From: Opitutaceae bacterium
Lineage (GTDB): Bacteria; Verrucomicrobiota; Verrucomicrobiia; Opitutales; Opitutaceae
Direction: 5' to 3'
DNA: 64,000 nucleotides
Assembly: GCA_016795565.1 (NCBI GenBank)
Contig: JAEUGW010000017.1
Span: 12,433-76,432 of the forward strand
Under the pieces are notes generated by a model. The model worked only from the letters and a program-made list of their open reading frames with translations, did no database searches and had not been told where the DNA came from. Of this stretch, positions 1 to 6,961 are shown one piece after another (positions within the stretch are counted from its first letter, which is position 1; every line of letters starts with the position of its first letter). The translations under genes were made by a program, and so were the position numbers.

Positions 1-310
1 GTTTTGCGGCGAGGCGGCTCGCCGGCTCGGCAAAAAAGATCCGGGCGAGGTGGTGCTCGATGAATTCGCGGTGATGCCGCTGGTGTTCCTCGGCTGGCGC
101 GCGGGTTATGCGGCCGGCCTGGCCGACTGGGTCGCACTTCTGGCCGGGTTCGGGCTTTTCCGTCTGTTCGACATCCTCAAGCCGCTGGGCATCTCCCGAC
201 TGCAGCGCTGGCCGGGTGGGTGGGGCATCGTGGCGGACGACTTTGCGGCCGCGCTGGCGGCTTGCGGCGCGTTGCACCTAGGCGCATGGCTCTGGGTGCT
301 GGCGCACTGA
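1..310 (+). CDS. pgpA: Phosphatidylglycerophosphatase A, C-terminal part (5' end lies outside the window)
   Basis: Frame 2 is open from the window edge to the TGA at 308-310. It contains ...[16 protein letters not shown]..., hydrophobic helices and GWGIVADD, as in the PgpA family. Confidence 0.75.
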   Translation, partial: FCGEAARRLGKKDPGEVVLDEFAVMPLVFLGWRAGYAAGLADWVALLAGFGLFRLFDILKPLGISRLQRWPGGWGIVADDFAAALAACGALHLGAWLWVLAH

Positions 311-345
311 GGATCTGTCCGAATATCCCCGAATGACCGGTAACA

Positions 346-416
346 TGTAGCGGCGGTCTATGACCGCCGACCGATAGCCGCGCAGCACCCGACGGCGGTC
401 ACAGACCGCCGCTACA
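346..416. repeat. REP-like palindromic element, family A
   Basis: 23-nt arms TGTAGCGGCGGTCTATGACCGCC / GGCGGTCACAGACCGCCGCTACA flank a 25-nt loop. Each arm contains the sub-palindrome GGCGGTC..GACCGCC. A second copy sits at 8440..8510. Confidence 0.85.
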
Positions 417-455
417 GAAAACCAGGCAACCGGATGTGGGCTATTCGGATAGGCG

Positions 456-1382
456 CTAGGGCGCGGTGGGCTCTTTCGGCTTGGTGCGCTCGCGGATGTT
501 CTTCATCAGCTGGCGAAAGGTGATCTCGGCGCGGACGCGGGTGCGGAAGCTGATATCGGTGCCGTCCGGGCCCCAACTCGTGCGGATGCCGAAGCTCGCG
601 ATCCACTGGGTCTTCGAATTGAAGGTAAACTTGCGCGGCACATACCACTGCACGCCCGGCTGCAGGTAGCAGAAATGGTCCGTCACCTCGCCGATCACGG
701 CGGTCGTTGCGTAGGTGGCGGAGAAGGTATACTTGAGCTGGCCGAGGTCGTAGATGAGGCCGACGGTGCCGTTGACGGAATCCTCGTGTGGCTGGTTGGT
801 GCCGAAGCGGCCGGGGATGTCGCTGGCGTCGATCAGGTCCAGACCGAGGCCGGCGAAGGCGGTGATGCGGCGGTATTGCGGCAGCTTGCGCTGCACGATG
901 AAGCTCGGGGTGAGGTGATACTGGCCGTCGGTCATGTCGAACGGCGGGTTGCCGACCGGCGCGTCCATGGTCAGCGCCAAACTGGTGTCGTAGCCGGTGC
1001 GCGGCCAGTCGTTGAGGAGGTAGCGGGAGCCGAGGCGCACGCGCCCGATGCCGTAGCCGTCGCTGGTATTGTCATCGAGGCCGTGCGTGAAATAGACCGA
1101 GGCCTCGGCGCTGATGTCGAACTTCTCGTTCAGCGCCCAGCGCAGGCCGGTCTCGGTGCGCATGTAGTCGCGGCGGGTGAGGTCGCCGAAATGCGGCCGG
1201 AGGATGATCTTGAAGGTGCCGGGGACATCGAGCTGCGGCAGGTCGTCGAAGATGCCGCTGATGCGGGAGAGGACGGGGCGGCTTTCGGCGGCCTCACCTT
1301 CGGCGAGCTTGGCGGGCGGAGTGGACTGGGCCGAGGCGAGGGCGGAGCCGAGGAGGAAGAGGGAAATCAGGCGGCGGGCCAT
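456..1382 (-). CDS. Hypothetical outer-membrane beta-barrel protein with signal peptide
   Basis: 308-aa ORF with an N-terminal signal peptide (MARRLISLFLLGSALASAQS). It has alternating amphipathic beta-strand-like segments rich in aromatic residues and Gly. It lies 9 nt downstream of the NusG-like gene. Confidence 0.6.
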   Translation of the reverse strand: MARRLISLFLLGSALASAQSTPPAKLAEGEAAESRPVLSRISGIFDDLPQLDVPGTFKIILRPHFGDLTRRDYMRTETGLRWALNEKFDISAEASVYFTHGLDDNTSDGYGIGRVRLGSRYLLNDWPRTGYDTSLALTMDAPVGNPPFDMTDGQYHLTPSFIVQRKLPQYRRITAFAGLGLDLIDASDIPGRFGTNQPHEDSVNGTVGLIYDLGQLKYTFSATYATTAVIGEVTDHFCYLQPGVQWYVPRKFTFNSKTQWIASFGIRTSWGPDGTDISFRTRVRAEITFRQLMKNIRERTKPKEPTAP

Positions 1383-1391
1383 GGGAGATGG

Positions 1392-1904
1392 TCAGGGCAG
1401 GAGCTGGAGGCTTTCCAGCGGTAACCGGACGAGCAAGCCTTGTTGCAGCACGTCCACCGACACCACAATGCCCCGCGGGTTCGCGGGGTCGTCGACATAA
1501 CCTTCCAATCCATGCAACGGACCGCCCTGCACACGGACGTGGGTGCCTTTGCGGACCAGCGGATGGAGGGCGGCCTCCAGGCCCGAGGCGCAGACGGCCT
1601 TCACGTCCTCCATCTGTCGCAGGAAGACCGCCTCGTTCTCCACCATCATCGCGCGGACGAGGAGATCCTGCTGGTAGATGCGGTCCTTGCGGGCCGGCTC
1701 CAGGCGCGCAAACACATAGCCGGCAAACAGCGGCTTGGTGAAAGTCTTTTTCTGTGCGCCGTAGCGACGGACACTCTGGATGAGTGCCAGGTAGTGTGCG
1801 AAGTGTTCACGCCCGAGCAGGTCGGCGAATTTCTTCTCGCAGCGCGGCTTCGTGTGGCAGACGAACCACCGCGGCTCGGCAAAGTCGGGCAGATGCTGGC
1901 CCAT
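1392..1904 (-). CDS. NusG-family transcription antitermination paralog (RfaH/UpxY-like)
   Basis: 170 aa. The NGN-like N-terminus reads WFVCHTKPRCEKKFADLL...PLFAGYVFARL. The C-terminal KOW-like stretch reads GTHVRVQGGPLHGLEGYV. There is no ribosomal or secE context. Confidence 0.7.
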   Translation of the reverse strand: MGQHLPDFAEPRWFVCHTKPRCEKKFADLLGREHFAHYLALIQSVRRYGAQKKTFTKPLFAGYVFARLEPARKDRIYQQDLLVRAMMVENEAVFLRQMEDVKAVCASGLEAALHPLVRKGTHVRVQGGPLHGLEGYVDDPANPRGIVVSVDVLQQGLLVRLPLESLQLLP

Positions 1905-1908
1905 GCGG

Positions 1909-2337
1909 TCAGAGTTTCGCCAGCTGACGCAGCGCCGCGACGTAACCCGGGAAGCCCTGGCCGGAGATCATCGCGATGCAGGCGCCGGCGGTCATCGACT
2001 TGTGGCGGAATTTCTCGCGCTGCTTGATGTCGGAGATGTGAACTTCGACCGCGGGCAGGCCTGAAGCTGAGAGGGCGTCACGCAGGGCGATGCTGGTGTG
2101 GGAGTAGGCGCCGAAGTTGACGATGAAGGCGTCGATGCCGCGGTCCGTCAGCGCGTGGATCTTGTCCACCAGCGCGCCTTCATGGGCGGACTGGAAGAAC
2201 ACGGTGGAAAAGCCAAGTTTCCGGGCCTCAGTGCGGATGAGCTGCTCGAGATCCTTGAGCGTGGCGCGGCCATAGATTTCGGGTTCGCGCTTGCCGAGGC
2301 GGTCGAGGTTGGGGCCGTGGAGGATGGCGATTTTCAT
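1909..2337 (-). CDS. aroQ: 3-dehydroquinate dehydratase, type II
   Basis: MKIAILHGPNLDRLGKREPEIYG...GAYSHTSIALRDA...VEVHISDI motifs. The start is set at the internal ATG (MKIAIL), because the 13 upstream codons of the track ORF run into an intergenic hairpin. Confidence 0.9.
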   Translation of the reverse strand: MKIAILHGPNLDRLGKREPEIYGRATLKDLEQLIRTEARKLGFSTVFFQSAHEGALVDKIHALTDRGIDAFIVNFGAYSHTSIALRDALSASGLPAVEVHISDIKQREKFRHKSMTAGACIAMISGQGFPGYVAALRQLAKL

Positions 2338-2348
2338 CAGGAGGAGAG

Positions 2349-2419
2349 TCACCACGAAACACACCAAATACACCAAAGGAGGAGGGCCCTTTTCGTGTGT
2401 TTGGTGTTTTTCGTGGTGG
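2349..2419. repeat. Intergenic imperfect hairpin (CACCACGAAACACACCAAA... / ...TTTGGTGTTTTTCGTGGTGG)
   Basis: Roughly 25-nt imperfect inverted arms lie between the NIF3-family stop (2420) and the aroQ start (2337). No T-run follows, so I do not call it a terminator. Confidence 0.6.
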
Positions 2420-3172
2420 TCATAAGGGGTTTTCGGTTTCGATGAATTCCCAGGGCAGGCGGAATTTTTTGGCGAGTTCGGCGGCGAGCGCCTTTACACC
2501 ATGGACCTCGGTCGCATAGTGGCCGCAACAGATGAGGTTGAGACGGTGCTCCTGCGCGTAGTTGAACCATTCCTCGCGGAGTTCGCCGGTGATGAGCGTG
2601 TCCACGCCGGCCGCGACCAGCTGGGGCACCGCGCTGTTGCCGCTCCCACTGCAGAAGGCGATCTGCCTCGGGGTCGCGGAGCCGCAGTCGATCGAGACGA
2701 CGCGCGGGTAGAGTTCCTCGAGGCGGGCGTGAAGCTGGGAACGCTTGAACCTGTTGGGCGCGATGCAGCCGATGAACTCGCCCTCGTGCGGCAGGAAGCG
2801 GCCTTTCGGCTTCAGGCCGAGCTGGCGGGCGAGGATGACGTTATTGCCCAGCTCCTCGTGGGCGTCGAGGGGCAGGTGGCTGGAGTAAACGGCGCAATTG
2901 CCGCGCACCAGGGCGGCGAAGCGGCTGTAGGTCGGGCCGGTCAGCGGCTGGGCACCGCCCCAGAACAGGCCGTGGTGCACGAGGAGGAAATCCACGCCCC
3001 GCTCGGCGGCGGTCTCGAACGGCACAAGCCCCGCATCCACGGCGGCACCGATGCGGGTCACGCGGCCGTCGTTGGCGACCTGTAGCCCGTTGCTGGCGCC
3101 GGGGAAATCCTTGAACGCCGGGCGACGGGTGCGTTTGTCGCAGTAGTCCACGAGATGCTGGAGCGAGACCAT
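2420..3172 (-). CDS. Nif3-family dinuclear metal center protein (GTP cyclohydrolase 1 type 2 homolog)
   Basis: Motifs LLVHHGLFW, SSHLPLDAH and CCGHYATE, with the length typical of NIF3/YbgI. The start could be 3172 (MVSLQHL) or 3208. Confidence 0.8.
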   Translation of the reverse strand: MVSLQHLVDYCDKRTRRPAFKDFPGASNGLQVANDGRVTRIGAAVDAGLVPFETAAERGVDFLLVHHGLFWGGAQPLTGPTYSRFAALVRGNCAVYSSHLPLDAHEELGNNVILARQLGLKPKGRFLPHEGEFIGCIAPNRFKRSQLHARLEELYPRVVSIDCGSATPRQIAFCSGSGNSAVPQLVAAGVDTLITGELREEWFNYAQEHRLNLICCGHYATEVHGVKALAAELAKKFRLPWEFIETENPL

Positions 3173-3279
3173 GGGGCGGAGGTTGGAGGGCGGTGTTGCC
3201 GCGTGCAAGCCGCCGGTGCGGTGATTGCGCGGCCCGCGTTCCCCCTTGCCAGGCGCGCGGTGTTTCCCACCGTTGGGGC

Positions 3280-3759
3280 ATGGCCGCTGGCAAAAAGCAG
3301 ACCCCGATCGACCTCATCACGCAGGCCACGGAGGCCTTCCCGCACCGCCCGAGCTGGGACGAGTATTTCATGGCGACGGCCAAGCTGATTGCCTCCCGGT
3401 CGAACTGCCACCGGCTCAATGTCGGTTGTGTCATCGTCTCGTCGGGCGCGCGCAAGAACCGGCTGATCGCCGCCGGCTACAACGGCTGGCTGCCGGGCAC
3501 CCCCCACGCCTCGCGGATGCGCGACGGCCACGAGCAGGCCACGGTTCATGCCGAGCAGAACGCCATTGCCGACGCGGCCCGCCGGGGCTCGAGCGTGGAC
3601 GGCTGCACGGCCTACGTGAGCCATTACCCCTGCATCAACTGCGCCAAGATTCTCGCGGCCGCCGGCATCGCCGAAATCAAGTATCACGAGGACTACCACA
3701 ACGATCCTCTGGTGCGCCCTATCCTGAAGGATGCCGGCGTGAAAATCATCAAGCTCTGA
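3280..3759 (+). CDS. Deoxycytidylate (dCMP) deaminase, ComEB-like
   Basis: SWDEYFM start of the domain, and the zinc motifs HAEQNAI and PCINCAK. The start is placed at MAAGKKQT, because the longer track ORF overlaps the divergent NIF3 gene. Confidence 0.85.
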   Translation: MAAGKKQTPIDLITQATEAFPHRPSWDEYFMATAKLIASRSNCHRLNVGCVIVSSGARKNRLIAAGYNGWLPGTPHASRMRDGHEQATVHAEQNAIADAARRGSSVDGCTAYVSHYPCINCAKILAAAGIAEIKYHEDYHNDPLVRPILKDAGVKIIKL

Positions 3760-3777
3760 CGGCGTGTTGCCCCGCCC

Positions 3778-4341
3778 ATGAAGGAAAGGCGCACCGCTAA
3801 AAAGAACGACAGCCTCGCCGGGCAGTTGCTGCTGGCACACCCGGCGCTGCGTGAACCCAGTTTTTCGCGCACGGTCATCCTCCTCTCGGCGCATGGCGGC
3901 GAGGGGGCCATGGGCGTGGTGCTGAACCGGCCGCTGGACAAGCAACTCGGGGAGCTGAACACCGAATTCGCCCTCGGCGCGCTGGCCGGGGTGCCCGTAT
4001 ACGCCGGGGGCCCGGTGGAGCCGGAGCAACTGATCATTGTCTCCTGGCGTTGGCTGGAGAAGGAGCGTGCCTTTCAGCTGCATTTCGGAATCGAGCCCGC
4101 CCAGGCGGCTGAACTGGTGGGAGCGCCCGGCGTGACGCTCCGCGCCTTTCTCGGCTACGCCGGATGGGGCCGGGGGCAGCTCGAAAAGGAGTTGCGGCAC
4201 GACACTTGGGTGGTCACGACCGTCGAGGGCGAGATTCTCGGGCAAAGCGACGGCACCGCACTCTGGCGGCAAATTCTGGGGGCAATCGATCCGGAGCTGA
4301 AACTGCTGGCCGAGGAACCTGAGGACCCGACGGTAAACTAG
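3778..4341 (+). CDS. YqgE/AlgH family protein (UPF0301)
   Basis: 187 aa with GQLLLAHPALREPSFSRTVILL..H...GAMGVVLNRP and YAGWGRGQLEKEL, the characteristic family signature. Confidence 0.8.
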   Translation: MKERRTAKKNDSLAGQLLLAHPALREPSFSRTVILLSAHGGEGAMGVVLNRPLDKQLGELNTEFALGALAGVPVYAGGPVEPEQLIIVSWRWLEKERAFQLHFGIEPAQAAELVGAPGVTLRAFLGYAGWGRGQLEKELRHDTWVVTTVEGEILGQSDGTALWRQILGAIDPELKLLAEEPEDPTVN

Positions 4342-4492
4342 GGGCATCAGCAGGTTAGGGCGTTTGTCCGAATCTCTGTTATTGCCAATCAGGCCCGACG
4401 CAGCCCGGCTGTCGCCCGGGGCGCGCAGGTTTGCCCACAAAAATCTTTTCCTTTGACAGGGTAGGCTGCCGCCATCTTCTTCTGTCTCTTTT

Positions 4493-4618
4493 ATGAAAGT
4501 CGTTTCCTCCATCAAATCCGCCAAGCTGCGTCACCCGGCCTGCCAGGTGGTCCGTCGCAAGGGCAAGATCTACGTCATCAACAAGGTCGAGCCGCGTTAC
4601 AAGGCGCGCCAAGGCTAA
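4493..4618 (+). CDS. rpmJ: 50S ribosomal protein L36, Cys-poor YkgO-like form
   Basis: The gene is absent from the ORF track because it is under 60 aa. My hand translation is [41 protein letters not shown], which closely resembles E. coli YkgO (as I recall it). Confidence 0.85.
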   Translation: MKVVSSIKSAKLRHPACQVVRRKGKIYVINKVEPRYKARQG

Positions 4619-4637
4619 TTAACTCATCCTCTTTACC

Positions 4638-4892
4638 GTGAAGACCGAAGGCCATCCCGCTCTCAACAACGTCTGCTTCCTCGATATCGGAACAGGCAAG
4701 AAGTTCCTGACCAAGTCCACGATGAAGTCCGCCCGCACCGAGAAGATCGACGGCCAGGACTACTTCGTCATCGTGCGCGACGTGACCATGGATTCGCATC
4801 CCGCCTACACCGGCGAGAAGCGCCTCGTCGACACCGCCGGCCGCGTCGAGAAGTTCACCTCGAAGTTCAAGCGCGCCACCAAGGTCAAGTAA
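4638..4892 (+). CDS. rpmE2: 50S ribosomal protein L31, type B (no CxxC zinc ribbon)
   Basis: GTG start, 84 aa. It contains HPA...SHPAYTGEKRLVDTAGRVEKFTSKF and lacks the paired Cys motifs of type A. Confidence 0.85.
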   Translation: MKTEGHPALNNVCFLDIGTGKKFLTKSTMKSARTEKIDGQDYFVIVRDVTMDSHPAYTGEKRLVDTAGRVEKFTSKFKRATKVK

Positions 4893-4916
4893 GCCGGCCC
4901 CGCGCCGCCTTTGCGA

Positions 4917-4942
4917 AGCCCTCCGCGCGGAGGGCTTTTTTG
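4917..4942 (+). terminator. Rho-independent terminator after rpmE2
   Basis: The stem AGCCCTCC / GGAGGGCT with loop GCGC is followed by TTTTTT, about 25 nt after the stop codon. Confidence 0.8.
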
Positions 4943-4985
4943 TTGGGCAAATTCGCCGCGGATGACGCGGATGTCGCGAATAATA

Positions 4986-6123
4986 CCTATAGCCGCTAGC
5001 TTTTACGCTTCCCAAGCAGGCTGAATGCGTGCTGTAAAAGAAGATGGCCCGCAAATTACCGCCGCTGGGAGAAGAATTGGTGAAGGAAATCGAAGCCGCG
5101 TGGGAGCAGCCACAGGCAGACTGGGCGCGGCAGCGGCTGCTGGTGGTGCGGTTGATTGCGCAGCATGAGCTGACGACGGAGCAGATCGCGAAAGTCGCCG
5201 GGGTGAGCCGAAAGAGTGTCTTCAACTATCGGGACAAGGTGGAGCGTGGCGGGGTGGCCGAGTTGCTCACGCGGGACTGGGCCGGGGCCCGGACGCCGGC
5301 GGTGCGAGGGGCGGTGGCCGAAGAATTTATCGCGCGGCTGGAGGCGGGGCAGTTCCGGCAGGCGAAAGACGCGCAGGCGTGGATCAAAAAGCGAACCCGC
5401 AAGACGCTGAGCGTGAGCGGGGCGCTCAAGGTTTTGCGGCGATTGGGCGGAAAACTAAAAGTCCCGCGCAAGTCGCACGCGAAAAAGGATCCGGTCAAAG
5501 CGGCCAAGTTTAAGGTGGAACTGCCCGCGCGGTTGCGGGAGGTGGCCGGTTCCGCGCCTACGCAACCCGTGCGGGTGTGGGTGCTCGACGAGCATCGTTA
5601 CGGACTGTTGCCGGTGATCCGCCGGGTCTGGGGCCGTCGCGGCGTGCGGGTGCATGCGCCTTACGCGACGCGTTACCAATGGGGTTACTTGCACGAGGCC
5701 TTGGAAGTCGACGGTGCACACGCCGTCGAACTGTTGTTCACCCCGGCCATCGACCGCGACATCCACGCGCTCTTTCTCCAGCAGATCGCCGACTCCGACC
5801 CCAAGACGCTCCATGTCGTCATCGCTGATCAAGCTGGCTTCCATCTGCCCGTGGATGATGCCCGCTTGCCGGCCAATCTGCGGCTGTTGCCGCTGCCGCC
5901 CTACTGCCCCGAACTCAATCCGGTCGAACGCTTCGGCGGCCTGCTCAAAACCGCCGTCGCCAACCGGCTCTATCCGACGTTGCGCCGGCTCGAGGAGCAT
6001 CTCGCTGCCGCGGCGCGCCCTTGGTCCACCCCGGCCGCAGTCTCCTCTCTCATCCACACCTGGCTCGTCGATCAGGTAAACTCTGGCGCGCCAGCCTAAA
6101 GTGTATTAGCTAGCGGCGTTTGG
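4986..6123 (+). mobile_element. IS630-family insertion sequence (1138 bp), apparently intact
   Basis: The imperfect terminal inverted repeats are CCTATAGCCGCTAGCTTTTACGCTT (left) and CCAAACGCCGCTAGCTAATACACTT (reverse complement of the right end). They match at 19 of 25 positions by hand count. A TA dinucleotide flanks both ends (4984-4985 and 6124-6125). The element holds a single transposase ORF. Confidence 0.85.
5044..6099 (+). CDS. IS630-family DDE transposase
   Basis: 351 aa with an N-terminal HTH region (LTTEQIAKVAGVSRKSVFNY). Catalytic-type residues occur in VLDEHRYGL, VVIADQAGFH and CPELNPVERFGG, with about 33 residues between the second D and the E. This fits the DD34-35E pattern of the IS630/Tc1 family. 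Confidence 0.9.
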   Translation: MARKLPPLGEELVKEIEAAWEQPQADWARQRLLVVRLIAQHELTTEQIAKVAGVSRKSVFNYRDKVERGGVAELLTRDWAGARTPAVRGAVAEEFIARLEAGQFRQAKDAQAWIKKRTRKTLSVSGALKVLRRLGGKLKVPRKSHAKKDPVKAAKFKVELPARLREVAGSAPTQPVRVWVLDEHRYGLLPVIRRVWGRRGVRVHAPYATRYQWGYLHEALEVDGAHAVELLFTPAIDRDIHALFLQQIADSDPKTLHVVIADQAGFHLPVDDARLPANLRLLPLPPYCPELNPVERFGGLLKTAVANRLYPTLRRLEEHLAAAARPWSTPAAVSSLIHTWLVDQVNSGAPA

Positions 6124-6142
6124 TATAAGGCGAACCTCCATG

Positions 6143-6228
6143 CCGTCATTCTGAGCGAAGCGAAGAATCCAGTATGCTATGCGCTGGCGTTCATGCTGCT
6201 GGATCCTTCGCTTCACTCAGGATGACGG
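6143..6228. repeat. REP-like palindromic element, family B
   Basis: Arms CCGTCATTCTGAGCGAAGCGAAGAATCC / GGATCCTTCGCTTCACTCAGGATGACGG. Related copies occur at 43399..43480 and 63918..64000. Confidence 0.85.
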
Positions 6229-6304
6229 TTTCCTGGATTTATCCGTGTTCATCCGCATCATCCGCGGGCAAAAAGCCTTTCCACGCGCCATATCTACGTG
6301 TTCC

Positions 6305-6961
6305 GTGTGTGCCGTGCCCGCGTCCAAGCTCATCATTTTCGACTGCGATTCCACGCTCAGCGCCATCGAGGGCATCGATGAACTGGCGCGCGGGCGCGGG
6401 CCCAGGGTCTTCGCCGAGGTCGAGGCCATGACGACCGCCGCCATGGAGGGCAAAATCGCCGTGGAGGACGTCTTTGCCAAGCGGCTCGCCATCATCCAGC
6501 CGCGCCGGGAGGACGTGGCCGCAGTCGGCCGGCAATATGTCGAGCGCGTCGAGCCCACGGCGCTTGCCACGATCGAGCAGCTCAAGGCCGCCGGCTGGAC
6601 GCCGGTGATTCTCAGCGGCGGGTTCCGCCAGATCATCGAGCCGCTGGCGGCGCACCTCGGCATCGCCCGCATTGAGGCCGTGGATTTGTATTTCAATGCG
6701 TCCGGCGACTACACCGGCTTTGACGCCAAATTCCCCACGACCCGCTCCGGCGGGAAGCCCGAGTGCATCGCCGGGCTCAAGCGCGAGCTGGCGCCGGCGC
6801 GCACCGTGATGGTCGGCGACGGTGTGAGCGACCTTGAAACCAAGCCGGTGGTGGATCTGTTCGTCGGTTACGGTCGCTACACCGAGCGCGCCAAGGTGAA
6901 GGCCGGGGCGCACGCGTTCATCCACAGCCTGGCCGATCTGCCGGGCCTGCTTGGCCAATGA
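6305..6961 (+). CDS. HAD-IB family hydrolase, phosphoserine phosphatase-like
   Basis: HAD motifs IIFDCDSTL (DxDxT), LSGGF and GDGVSD. The start is uncertain (GTG at 6305 or 6314). The track ORF start at 6179 reads through the REP hairpin. Confidence 0.75.
   Translation: MCAVPASKLIIFDCDSTLSAIEGIDELARGRGPRVFAEVEAMTTAAMEGKIAVEDVFAKRLAIIQPRREDVAAVGRQYVERVEPTALATIEQLKAAGWTPVILSGGFRQIIEPLAAHLGIARIEAVDLYFNASGDYTGFDAKFPTTRSGGKPECIAGLKRELAPARTVMVGDGVSDLETKPVVDLFVGYGRYTERAKVKAGAHAFIHSLADLPGLLGQ

Noticed and set aside
4453-4481. TTGACA hexamer upstream of rpmJ as a possible -35 promoter element
   Set aside because: No acceptable -10 hexamer occurs at 16-18 nt spacing (only CTTCTT or CATCTT). Promoter consensus for this lineage is unknown to me, so I make no call.
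4342-4492. Search for a Zur/Fur-type palindromic box upstream of the zinc-free L36/L31 pair
   Set aside because: I could not find an AT-rich palindrome by eye. The region contains only weak partial symmetry, so no regulatory site is claimed.
3058-4524. 488-aa ORF on the minus strand
   Set aside because: It spans and opposes three well-supported plus-strand genes (the dCMP deaminase, YqgE/AlgH and rpmJ) and has no motifs.
6179-6304. N-terminal extension of the HAD phosphatase ORF
   Set aside because: It reads straight through the family B palindrome (translation ...SFASLRMT-like repeat peptide). The HAD domain starts well downstream, so a GTG at 6305 or 6314 is the more plausible start.
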